DNA from: Pyrinomonadales bacterium
Lineage (GTDB): Bacteria; Acidobacteriota; Blastocatellia; Pyrinomonadales; Pyrinomonadaceae
Reading direction: 5' to 3'
Assembly: GCA_038248245.1 (NCBI GenBank)
Contig: JBBRUA010000001.1
Span: forward strand, 1-37,733
Length of the DNA: 37,733 nucleotides
The position numbers and the translations under genes were made by a program. Shown piece by piece: positions 9,220 through 17,640 of the stretch. The notes under the pieces are model-generated. The model was not told where the DNA came from, did no database searches, and worked only from the letters and a program-made list of their open reading frames with translations. Each line of letters begins with the position of its first letter. The stretch's first letter is position 1.

Positions 9220-10608
9220 TTAAAACGTGCGGTTTGCCGTAACGGGAATATCGCCACTTTGGCCGAATTGTTTGATCTGTGCCTCACCGTCTGAACTTCG
9301 CAATACATACCAAAATCCAGTTGACGGGCGGAAAACAGCAAAGTCGAATTTGCCGTCACCGTCGTAATCGCCCGTTGTAGGAATATCTTCAGTGATTCCC
9401 CACTGGATTACTTTAGTTTGTCCGTTCGAGCTTTGCAGAACCCACCACGTGCCTGTTGACGGGCGATAAATAGCGACATCGAGAATGCCGTCGCCGTCGT
9501 AATCCGCCGGAACGGGTTTGTCGCCCTGCTGACCGAATTTAACCGCGTTGAATGTGTCACTAGCCCTATTGTTGGATATGCGCTTGATGAAATACCAAAC
9601 CCCATTTGACGGTCGAAAAATAGCGACGTCCGCATTACTGTCGGGACTATAATGACCGGGAGCGGGAATATCGCCTGCTTGTCCGAATCTGTAATAATCG
9701 TAAAGATCTTCGGAATAGCGGATATACCAGATACCGTCTGACGGGCGGAAAGTAGCAATTTCAGTATTTTCTCCGCCGCCGAAATTTGCCGGAACTGGAA
9801 TGTCGGATGATGTCCCCCAGTTTGTATATCTTTCGAAACAACAGGTTTGTTGATACCAGATTCCGGTTGACGGGCGAAAGACCGCAAGATCATTAACTCC
9901 GCTTCCCTGAGTGGCAGAGACGAGCGGAATGTCGCCACTAGTTCCCCAAAAATTCTTTCTTAAAATGCCGCTTGATGTTTCGATGTAATTCCAACTACCG
10001 TCGGACGGGCGAAAATATGCAAGATCCGTCATTCCGTCCGAGTCATAATCCGCACCCTGAAAATTAAAAGAAGGCTGAATATCGAGCAAAAATGTACCTT
10101 CGGCGGCGCTTTGACCACTATCCGAAAAACCGTCAATGGCGATGTAGTAAGTCGTGCCTTGGGTTACAGCAGTTCTGGCAAAACTTCGCAGATTTTCTGT
10201 CCCAATGTCGTTGTTGAATGTTACGGATTGGAGATTGGACTGTGCGTTAAGCGTATAAAAATGAAGCAACGTATTTATGTTTCCCGCGCTTCGATTGGTC
10301 GTAAATGACATCACACGCGACATCGGCGCAGTCCATTTGAACCAGACGCTCTTGCCGCCCGGATTCTGTGCGTGATTTAATTCTCCCGCTTCTTTAGTCG
10401 CGCCCACATTCGAACGCGTGACGTGAACCTGTATGCCGTTTACTACTTCAGCGTTAGCAAGATTGTCGTTTGGCGGCTGAGCAGCACTTGTGTCGCTAAG
10501 ATTGCCTTGATACGTAAGGGTCGTGGTTTGTGCCGAGACCGATATTGCAAGTATCAGACCTATAAATGAAATGAATAGAATCTTTTTTGTATTAGATAAT
10601 TTAAACAT
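9220..10608 (-). CDS. Secreted FG-GAP/VCBS-like repeat protein with N-terminal jelly-roll-like domain
   Basis: ATG at 10608 follows GGGAGA, with a signal peptide. Six repeats of 'D(Y)DGDG..D.A.FRPS.G.WY' are each followed by 'WG/FG..GDIPV'. Confidence 0.8.
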   Translation of the reverse strand: MFKLSNTKKILFISFIGLILAISVSAQTTTLTYQGNLSDTSAAQPPNDNLANAEVVNGIQVHVTRSNVGATKEAGELNHAQNPGGKSVWFKWTAPMSRVMSFTTNRSAGNINTLLHFYTLNAQSNLQSVTFNNDIGTENLRSFARTAVTQGTTYYIAIDGFSDSGQSAAEGTFLLDIQPSFNFQGADYDSDGMTDLAYFRPSDGSWNYIETSSGILRKNFWGTSGDIPLVSATQGSGVNDLAVFRPSTGIWYQQTCCFERYTNWGTSSDIPVPANFGGGENTEIATFRPSDGIWYIRYSEDLYDYYRFGQAGDIPAPGHYSPDSNADVAIFRPSNGVWYFIKRISNNRASDTFNAVKFGQQGDKPVPADYDGDGILDVAIYRPSTGTWWVLQSSNGQTKVIQWGITEDIPTTGDYDGDGKFDFAVFRPSTGFWYVLRSSDGEAQIKQFGQSGDIPVTANRTF

Positions 10609-10633
10609 GAACTGTCTCCCAAATTTATTAGTG

Positions 10634-10870
10634 TTAAATCTTATTTTCCTTCGAATTCAAACAAACCGGCGATGCGCCATCCGAACCAAGAAGGTGCGTT
10701 TTGCTTGTTTTTGAGGATGGCGTCAACAACGCTGCTGTGACCGGTTGAAACTCTGCGATCACTGCCTTGCACCGTTCGCAATATAAGACGGGTTGGCTTT
10801 TGCGTGAACGAAGAATCGTGACTTCGTGCGTTTCAATTTGAATTTCGATTCGTCGTGTTTTTTCTGACAT
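10634..10870 (-). CDS. Small hypothetical protein
   Basis: ATG-initiated 78-aa ORF at the head of the minus-strand block. It contains 'CERC' and a C-terminal '...SPVCLNS'. I recognise no domain. Confidence 0.4.
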   Translation of the reverse strand: MSEKTRRIEIQIETHEVTILRSRKSQPVLYCERCKAVIAEFQPVTAALLTPSSKTSKTHLLGSDGASPVCLNSKENKI

Positions 10871-11009
10871 AATAAGTAACGTTTTGACCGTCGATTGTTT
10901 TCTTTTCTCGGGCGACGGTTATTCCCTCGAATGCCGAGCAGTATGGAATCCGACGATATTAAAAGTCCTAAAATTGGTGGTTAAAGAATCTAAAATAATC
11001 CGAAACGCG

Positions 11010-11537
11010 ATGAGAGAGCCATTGACAGACAACTTTCGGTTTGCAGAATTCGAACTGGACCCGGCGAAACGCCTGCTTTTCAAGAGCGGCGAGACCGTTC
11101 CCTTAAATTCGAAAACATTTGATCTGCTTGAAACTTTGATCGAGAGTCGCGGCCGGGTTCTAAGTCGCGAGGAACTGCTGACGAAGATCTGGCCCGATCA
11201 ATTTGTCGAGGAAAGTAATTTAACGGTTCATGTCTCGACGTTGAGGAAAACGTTAGGTGAGGCACTCGGAGAAAATAAATTCATCGTTACCGTTCCCGGC
11301 AAGGGCTATAAGTTTGTCGGCGAACCGAGTGTGGACGAAGCTGAATTTACGATCGAGAAGCATAGTTATTCTCGAATGATTGTCTCCGACGAAATTACCG
11401 AGAGCGAGCCTGAACCGGCCCGACTCTTACCGCCAAAGGAGCGACCGATTCAAGTGATGCTTTTGGCTGGCATATTCCTCGCTTTATTAGTGGGAGGTTT
11501 TCTGTTTTATCGGAAGCTATTGCGACCCGAGATCTAG
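11010..11537 (+). CDS. CadC/OmpR-type winged-helix DNA-binding domain plus one TM helix (N-terminal part of a split regulator)
   Basis: 'FRFAEFELDPAKRLLFKSGETVPLNSKTFDLLETLIESRGRVLSREELLTKIWPDQFVEESNLTVHVSTLRKTLG' is a Trans_reg_C-type domain. The TM segment is 'VMLLAGIFLALLVGGFLFY'. The ORF ends at TAG 11535-11537, in frame with the next ORF. Confidence 0.8.
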   Translation: MREPLTDNFRFAEFELDPAKRLLFKSGETVPLNSKTFDLLETLIESRGRVLSREELLTKIWPDQFVEESNLTVHVSTLRKTLGEALGENKFIVTVPGKGYKFVGEPSVDEAEFTIEKHSYSRMIVSDEITESEPEPARLLPPKERPIQVMLLAGIFLALLVGGFLFYRKLLRPEI

Positions 11538-11597
11538 CCGTTTTCTCAAATTCAAGTTCGGCAATTAACGAACAATGGAAAGGTCGAGATCGCGGCA

Positions 11598-13175
11598 ATG
11601 TCGCCCGATGGCAAAGTATTTGCTTTTGTGACTAACGATTTAGGGACGAAGAGTCTTTGGCTCGGGCATATCGATGGCGGCAGCGATGTACTACTTCGCC
11701 CGCCAAGCGAATCATCGTTTGGTAATGTCGACTTTTCGCCCGACAGCACCAAGATCTATTATTCAATTTTAGACGACGCCAATCCGAAATGGACGATCTA
11801 TCGCCTGCCGACATTTGGCGGTGTGGCGGAAAAGATTCGCGAAGATATTGGCGGCTTTTCACTCGCACCCGACGGTGACCAGCTTGCCTACTTTAGACGG
11901 GACAAAAGCGAAAAAAATACGGAACTGATCCTCAGCGATCTGACGGGGACGACAGAAAGAGTTTTGGCCACGCTACCGGGAACAGTCACCTTTGGATACA
12001 ACGCACTCTCATTTTCACCGGATGGCAAAACGGTCGCATTCGGCGGTGCATATTCCGAAAGCGATACCTCGGCGGTCGTTTATATTGCGAATATCGGGAC
12101 TGGCGAGGTTAGGGTGTTGACCAATAAGCATTTCAGCAACATTAGCCTTAGCTCCTGGCTACCTGATGGCAGCGGACTTATCATTACGGCATTCGAAAAA
12201 GAAAGTCGTGCGGCAGTGCCTCAGTATCATGTCTGGTACGTCGGATTATCCAACGGTGAGGCCAGAATGATCACGTCCGACCTGAGCAGCTACAGTGATG
12301 CATTGGGAGTTTCTGGCAATAATATATTGAGCATTGAGTATCGGCAGTTAAATAACGTGTGGGTTGCGCCGTCGGATAATATCGGAGCCGCAAAGCAGAT
12401 CACGAATGGATCTTTTGGCAAGTATGACGGATACTGGGGATTAGATTGGCTGCCGGATGGCCGTATTGTTTTTGATTCCTCCGATCAGAAGAGCCAGGCG
12501 ATCTCAATAATGGACGCCGACGGCGCCAATCGGCGCCAGCTAACCGCGCCAGGAAATGTTGACAGCGCTTTGGCAGCCTCCCCGGACGGTCGATATATCA
12601 TTTTCCACTCGACACGGAGTGGCGGATCGGACATTTGGCGGATCGATGCCGACGGATCAAACGCAAAACAATTAACATTTACGCAAAAAAGCTACCAACC
12701 ATTTGTCTCGGCCGATAGCAGGTATATTTATTACAAATCCTGGCAAGACGGCGTCGGCGAAATGCGCCGCGTCCCGATCGACGGCGGCGAATCGACAGCC
12801 TTGACCGACAAAGAAACGTCGTGGACCGCCGCCTCGCCTGACGGCCGATTTATCGCAGCATCATACCGCACGGACAAAAGGCGGCTCGCGATCTTTGGGC
12901 TTGACGGCGGTGCTCCAATAAAGCAATTTGACCTGCCGAAAACTGGCACGTTGCAGGGCGGCGCCCGCTGGACAACGGATAACGCCGCAGTTGTTTATGG
13001 CGACGCGGCATATGGCTATTGGCAGCAATCGATCAACGGCGGAAAACCGCGACGGGTCGAAAATCTGCCAAAAGAAAAACTGTATAATTTTGCCTGGTCG
13101 CACGACGGAAAACAGTTTGCATTTGTCCGCGGCATTGAGTTGCGAGACGTCGTATTGATCACCAACCAAAAGTAG
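11598..13175 (+). CDS. TolB-like PD40 beta-propeller domain protein (C-terminal part of the split regulator)
   Basis: About 10 PD40-type repeats are present (SPDGKVFAFV, APDGDQLAYF, SPDGKTVAFG, SPDGRYIIFHS, SPDGRFIAAS, SHDGKQFAFV...). It is in the same reading frame as 11010-11537, and there are no further stops between 11538 and 11597. Confidence 0.8.
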   Translation: MSPDGKVFAFVTNDLGTKSLWLGHIDGGSDVLLRPPSESSFGNVDFSPDSTKIYYSILDDANPKWTIYRLPTFGGVAEKIREDIGGFSLAPDGDQLAYFRRDKSEKNTELILSDLTGTTERVLATLPGTVTFGYNALSFSPDGKTVAFGGAYSESDTSAVVYIANIGTGEVRVLTNKHFSNISLSSWLPDGSGLIITAFEKESRAAVPQYHVWYVGLSNGEARMITSDLSSYSDALGVSGNNILSIEYRQLNNVWVAPSDNIGAAKQITNGSFGKYDGYWGLDWLPDGRIVFDSSDQKSQAISIMDADGANRRQLTAPGNVDSALAASPDGRYIIFHSTRSGGSDIWRIDADGSNAKQLTFTQKSYQPFVSADSRYIYYKSWQDGVGEMRRVPIDGGESTALTDKETSWTAASPDGRFIAASYRTDKRRLAIFGLDGGAPIKQFDLPKTGTLQGGARWTTDNAAVVYGDAAYGYWQQSINGGKPRRVENLPKEKLYNFAWSHDGKQFAFVRGIELRDVVLITNQK

Positions 13176-13308
13176 AATTGCGCGGGCAATGAAAATCTAA
13201 ACTTCGAGGAATTCTATCAAAGATGTCTTTCGCGACAGAGACACTATTTCATCTCCGAAGACGATTCGCTGCTGCTTGTTAAGGAATTCGGTCGCACCTC
13301 CGCTCGAA

Positions 13309-13644
13309 TTAACTGAACATAGCGCTTCGCTCAGAGAACTTCTCCTTAAGGCTTCCGCAAACCACCTCGCATAATTCGAACACAGATTCGTCTGCGATCT
13401 TGTAATAGACGGTATTTCCCTCTTGCCGCTTTGACACAAGTCCCGCGTCCTGGAGCATTTTCAAGTGTTTGCTTACGTTTGGTTGGGTCGAGCCGACCGA
13501 TAAGGTAATGTTTGTGACACTCGCTTCGCCTTCTTCGAGGGTCTGAAGTATCAGCAGACGAAGCGGTTCGGCCAGGATTTTAAACCTCGCAGCTACCAGT
13601 CCGATCGCCTCCGGCGACATATCTTTGTGTTTCTTATTACTCAT
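13309..13644 (-). CDS. ArsR/SmtB-family transcriptional repressor (BigR-like context)
   Basis: 'FKILAEPLRLLILQTLEEGEASVTNITLSVGSTQPNVSKHLKMLQDAGLVSKRQEGNTVYYKI' is a wHTH. It is divergent from the sulfur operon. ATG at 13644; the ATG at 13620 is an alternative start. Confidence 0.85.
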   Translation of the reverse strand: MSNKKHKDMSPEAIGLVAARFKILAEPLRLLILQTLEEGEASVTNITLSVGSTQPNVSKHLKMLQDAGLVSKRQEGNTVYYKIADESVFELCEVVCGSLKEKFSERSAMFS

Positions 13645-13646
13645 AC

Positions 13647-13675
13647 TTGACAATATAACTATCTAGTTATATGCT
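13647..13675 (+). promoter_or_regulatory. Sigma70-like promoter (TTGACA-17-TATGCT) with an embedded 9-2-9 perfect palindrome operator
   Basis: TTGACA lies at 13647-13652 and TATGCT at 13670-13675. The palindrome ATATAACTA-TC-TAGTTATAT at 13653-13672 fills the spacer and overlaps the -10 element. Confidence 0.7.
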
Positions 13676-13722
13676 CATCTACAGATAGAGTATATTACTT
13701 AGTGAGGGAATTTTCAAGAACA

Positions 13723-14265
13723 ATGATCAAACAAGCATCAGTACACGAAATTAATGAGCTTTTAGATGGCGGCGGCGAATGTCAGGTGATAGACGTCCGC
13801 GAGTTTTCCGAATTCAATAGCGAGCGGATCGCGGACGCACAATTCATGCCGCTTTCAAATTTTGAAAAGCACGCGGAGGAGATTGACCACGCAAAACCTG
13901 TATATCTTATGTGCCGTTCCGGGAACCGCGCAAAGACGGCTGCCGAGAAACTAGCGAGCAAAGGTTTCACGGATATTCACGTTATCCAAGGCGGAATGGT
14001 CGCTTGGTCTGAAGCCGCTCTACCGGTCATTCAGGGCAGTTCCAAGGTCTGGTCGCTCGAACGTCAAGTTCGCTTTACGGCCGGATTAATTGTTTTGATC
14101 GGAGTAATATTGGGCTTTGCGGTTAATCAGTTTCTATTTTTGATCAGTGGGGCGATCGGTGCGGGTCTGGTATTTTCGTCCGTTACCGACACTTGTGGAA
14201 TGGGTATGATACTGGCTCGAATGCCGTGGAATAAAGAGCCCGCGACCTGTCAAACGAATAGCTAA
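13723..14265 (+). CDS. YgaP-like membrane rhodanese (rhodanese + DUF2892 TM domain)
   Basis: The rhodanese loop is 'LMCRSGNRAKTAA'. The C-terminus has two TM helices and 'SSVTDTCGMGMILARMPWN'. Confidence 0.85.
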   Translation: MIKQASVHEINELLDGGGECQVIDVREFSEFNSERIADAQFMPLSNFEKHAEEIDHAKPVYLMCRSGNRAKTAAEKLASKGFTDIHVIQGGMVAWSEAALPVIQGSSKVWSLERQVRFTAGLIVLIGVILGFAVNQFLFLISGAIGAGLVFSSVTDTCGMGMILARMPWNKEPATCQTNS

Positions 14266-14281
14266 AAGGAGTGATTGACCA

Positions 14282-15043
14282 ATGTCGGCGATTTTTATCA
14301 TAGGTCTTTTGCTAAGCGCGGGTATCGGGTTGTCGTTGGGACTCATCGGCGGCGGCGGATCGATACTCACGGTTCCTATACTTGTCTATTTGCTTGCAGT
14401 TTCTCCGCACGATGCGGTCGGTATGTCTCTAGCCGTTGTCGGCGGAACGAGTATATTCGGAGCTGCACTTCACTGGAAACGGGGAAATGTCGATCTAAAC
14501 AGCGGCCTGCTTTTCGGTATATCGGGCATCGTCGGAGCACTATTAGGGTCGCCACTTACGAAATTGGTTTCGGCAAATTTGTTGTTGCTGATCTTTGGCT
14601 TGCTGATGCTGGTCGTCGCCGCAACGATGATCTTGCGCAAACGAGGTGCCGTTGACGAAACCGAACACAAACCGCATCCGGTACAAGGCATTTTGTCCGG
14701 TCTCGGGGTCGGCGTGTTGACGGGCTTTCTAGGGGTCGGCGGCGGATTTCTGATCGTTCCCGCGTTGGTGTTTTTCGGAGGGCTTTCGATGAAAAAGGCG
14801 ATCGGCACCTCCCTTTTCGTGATCTTTCTAAACTGCGTGGCCGGTCTTGTTGGTCACATTAGTCAGAGTTCTCTTGACTGGACGCTTACTGCCCAGGTAA
14901 CCGCTCTCGCCGTTTCGGGGGCTCTCGTTGGCACAATTCTTTCGCATCGGATCGCGGCAGATCGCCTACAAAGTATGTTTGCGGTCCTAGTCTTAGGTGT
15001 TGGTGCATTTCTGATCGTAAAAAATTACGCGATCGTCTTCTGA
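14282..15043 (+). CDS. TauE/SafE-family sulfite/anion exporter
   Basis: This polytopic membrane protein has duplicated 'GGGGSILTVPILV' / 'GVGGGFLIVPALV' motifs. Confidence 0.9.
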   Translation: MSAIFIIGLLLSAGIGLSLGLIGGGGSILTVPILVYLLAVSPHDAVGMSLAVVGGTSIFGAALHWKRGNVDLNSGLLFGISGIVGALLGSPLTKLVSANLLLLIFGLLMLVVAATMILRKRGAVDETEHKPHPVQGILSGLGVGVLTGFLGVGGGFLIVPALVFFGGLSMKKAIGTSLFVIFLNCVAGLVGHISQSSLDWTLTAQVTALAVSGALVGTILSHRIAADRLQSMFAVLVLGVGAFLIVKNYAIVF

Positions 15044-15081
15044 AATTGGTAGAGTATAGATATAAATTGGAGTACAAAAAT

Positions 15082-16476
15082 ATGCAGTTCAAGCAATTTT
15101 ATTTAGGGTGTCTTTCACACGCCTCATATTACATTGGATCTGAGGGCGAAGCGGCGATAATTGATCCGCAGCGTGATGTACAGCAGTACATAAATGAAGC
15201 AACGTCGCACAACCAAAAGATCAAGTACGTTATCGAAACACATTCGCACGCGGATTTTGTGAGTGGCCACGTCGAGCTTGCCGCCAAAACCGGAGCTGAG
15301 ATCATTTACGGACAAAAAGCCCAAACACATTTCCCGACGCATAAAGTTTCGGATGGCGATGAGCTGTCCGTCGGTTCGGTAAAGTTAAAATTCCTAGAAA
15401 CGCCCGGCCACACGCCCGAGGGCATAACGATCATTGCAGAAGACACATTGGACAAAGCTGCGCCGCTCAAGATGTTTACCGGCGACACACTTTTTATTGG
15501 CGATGTCGGACGGCCTGATCTGATCGGTTCGAAGGGACATACTGCGGGGGAAATGGGCTCAATGCTCTACGATTCGCTACATGAAAAAATCCTGCCCCTC
15601 CCCGACGAAACCGAGATCTATCCGGCACACGGAGCGGGCAGCCTGTGCGGCAAGTCGCTTTCCAAGGAGACGTGGTCAACGCTAGGCAATCAACGCAAGT
15701 TTAACTACGCCCTGCAGCCGATGTCGAAGGAAGAATTTGTTAAGATCGTCGCCGCCGATCAACCGGAGGTGCCGATGTACTTTTCCAAAAGTGCAGCGAA
15801 AAATCTCGAAGGTTCATCCGCTCTCGCCGATGTCGCTAAACCGCTCGAATTAAACTCCGCCGAGATCGCGGCCTTCGACGGCGTCGTGATCGATGTCCGG
15901 CAACCAGTCGATTACGGCGAACGCCACGTTCCGAATTCGATCAACATCGGCCTCGGCGGCCAGTTCGCGTCGTGGGCCGGCACACTTATCCCGATCGGGA
16001 CAAAGATCGCCGTCGTCGCCGACAACGAAACGCAGGTCGAAGAAGCTTTCACCCGAGCCTCGCGCGTCGGCCACGAATCGGTCACCGGCTTTATCCTCAT
16101 CCACAATTACGAAGGGGCGACAAAAAGCATCGAACAGGTCTCGGTCGAGCAACTCAGCGAGCTGACCAAGACTGAGAATTTGCTCCAGTTCGTCGATGTC
16201 CGGCGGGCGGCAGAACATGCCGCCGGTCATGTGTTTGGGACAGTCAACTTGCCGCTCGACAAACTCGCCGCTGACTTCGACAAACTAGATCCGACGGCAC
16301 CGACATACGTCATATGCCAAGGCGGCTATCGTTCGAGCATTGGAACCGGCATCCTCGAAAATGCCGGATTTACAAAGATTTCTAATGTCACCGGTGGAAC
16401 CACGGCGTGGATCGCTGGCGGACTCGATACGAAAATATCAGCAACAGCTTGTGCGGTGTCAAAGCAAGCCAAGTAA
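15082..16476 (+). CDS. MBL-fold persulfide-dioxygenase-like domain fused to two rhodanese domains (CstB/Blh-like)
   Basis: ATG at 15082. Contains the metallo-beta-lactamase motif 'ETHSHADFVSGH' and 'TPGHTPEG'. The rhodanese modules end with the active loop 'ICQGGYRSSIG'. Confidence 0.9.
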   Translation: MQFKQFYLGCLSHASYYIGSEGEAAIIDPQRDVQQYINEATSHNQKIKYVIETHSHADFVSGHVELAAKTGAEIIYGQKAQTHFPTHKVSDGDELSVGSVKLKFLETPGHTPEGITIIAEDTLDKAAPLKMFTGDTLFIGDVGRPDLIGSKGHTAGEMGSMLYDSLHEKILPLPDETEIYPAHGAGSLCGKSLSKETWSTLGNQRKFNYALQPMSKEEFVKIVAADQPEVPMYFSKSAAKNLEGSSALADVAKPLELNSAEIAAFDGVVIDVRQPVDYGERHVPNSINIGLGGQFASWAGTLIPIGTKIAVVADNETQVEEAFTRASRVGHESVTGFILIHNYEGATKSIEQVSVEQLSELTKTENLLQFVDVRRAAEHAAGHVFGTVNLPLDKLAADFDKLDPTAPTYVICQGGYRSSIGTGILENAGFTKISNVTGGTTAWIAGGLDTKISATACAVSKQAK

Positions 16477-16486
16477 GGAGGCAATC

Positions 16487-17371
16487 ATGAAATTCATTTT
16501 GATCTACATTACTTTAATAGTTGGATTTGGAAGTGTGGCCTGTCAGCCGGCTACTGTTCGAAATATTGATTCGCCTGCATCGGTAAAGCCGGGGATCAGC
16601 GAGATGAAACCCTCAGAAGCGCAGCCATTGGTGGCGGCTGCGTATTCGCAATTCATTGACGTACGTACACCCGAAGAGTATGCGTCGGGACATGCTGATC
16701 GAACGAAGAATATGCCGCTCGATACGCTTGCCGCGAATCTGGATAAGCTTGAGAAAAGTGAGCCTGTTTATATAATCTGCCGAACTGACAACCGGTCAAG
16801 ACAGGCCGCCAAGGTCCTGACTGACGCGGGTTTCAAGCAGGCTGTCGTTATTACGGGAGGAACCGAGGCTTGGCAGGCGGGGGGCTTACCTATGGGGACC
16901 GCCGGGCCCGTAGCCAATTCGACCAAGTTGGATGAGAAAACGCAAAACGCCCTGCTCGCGGCCCTTCAGGATGAGCGACTAGCTCAGGCGACCTATCAGG
17001 CGGTTCTGGGCAAATTTCCGAACGCACGACCGTTCGTAAACGTCATCGAGGCCGAAAAGAAACACGAGGCATTCCTGCTCCCGCTTTTTGCCAAGTATGG
17101 TGTCACGTTACCCAAGAACGAGTTTGACCCGTCGAAGGTCGAGGTGCCCGCTTCGCTTTTGGAAGCGTGCAAGGTGGGCGTGTCGGCAGAGAATGAGAAT
17201 ATCCTGCTCTATGACGGGTTTATGCAGTTCGTGAAGGAGGCTGACATCAAGGAGGTTTTTGCTCGTCTGCAGAGTGCCTCGCGTGACAATCATCTACCGG
17301 CATTCACGCGGTGCAGCGAAGGCGGGGGCAACGGCAACGGCCGCGGAAATGGTAAAGGCCGTCCATTCTAG
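16487..17371 (+). CDS. Lipoprotein: rhodanese domain fused to a DUF2202/ferritin-like domain, with a GNG-rich tail
   Basis: ATG at 16487 follows TAAGGAGG. The signal peptide ends at the cysteine in 'GSVAC'. The rhodanese loop is 'ICRTDNRSRQAA'. 'LQDERLAQATYQAVL...VIEAEKKHEAFL' and '...SRDNHLPAF' look ferritin-like. The tail is 'GGGNGNGRGNGKGRPF'. Confidence 0.8.
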   Translation: MKFILIYITLIVGFGSVACQPATVRNIDSPASVKPGISEMKPSEAQPLVAAAYSQFIDVRTPEEYASGHADRTKNMPLDTLAANLDKLEKSEPVYIICRTDNRSRQAAKVLTDAGFKQAVVITGGTEAWQAGGLPMGTAGPVANSTKLDEKTQNALLAALQDERLAQATYQAVLGKFPNARPFVNVIEAEKKHEAFLLPLFAKYGVTLPKNEFDPSKVEVPASLLEACKVGVSAENENILLYDGFMQFVKEADIKEVFARLQSASRDNHLPAFTRCSEGGGNGNGRGNGKGRPF

Positions 17372-17383
17372 AAGTTGATTATT

Positions 17384-17539
17384 ATGTACGAATTATTTGC
17401 AGTGATCGGTATTTTTGGCTTTTGGCTTCTTTTGCAGCTTGTCATCCTGCCGCGGCTCGGCTACAGCACCTGCGTGAGCGGAGCTTGTGCCCTCGGGTCC
17501 CGACGTGAGAATGAGAAGGCAAATGAAGATAACTTTTAG
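17384..17539 (+). CDS. Possible 51-aa single-TM Cys-containing peptide (below the ORF-track cutoff)
   Basis: I translated this by hand: MYELFAVIGIFGFWLLLQLVILPRLGYSTCVSGACALGSRRENEKANEDNF. It starts 12 nt after the preceding stop and has no clear SD. Confidence 0.25.
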   Translation: MYELFAVIGIFGFWLLLQLVILPRLGYSTCVSGACALGSRRENEKANEDNF

Positions 17540-17640
17540 GCGGATGGGGAGGTAGTAATGCAAGACGCAATAGCAACGCATGCTGAACAAACAAAAGACG
17601 TAGATTCCGAAGGTTCAAAAGCCATATCATCCGGATCAAG

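Noticed and set aside
9408-9938. A 176-aa minus-strand ORF within the FG-GAP repeat gene, and the ORF 8033-8470 within the fibre gene.
   Set aside because: Both are alternative frames of repeat-rich genes. The annotated frames carry the signal peptides and the regular repeat motifs.
13197-13439. An 80-aa minus-strand ORF overlapping the 3' end of the arsR gene.
   Set aside because: It is out of frame with the well-supported ArsR wHTH and has no motifs. It is most likely fortuitous.
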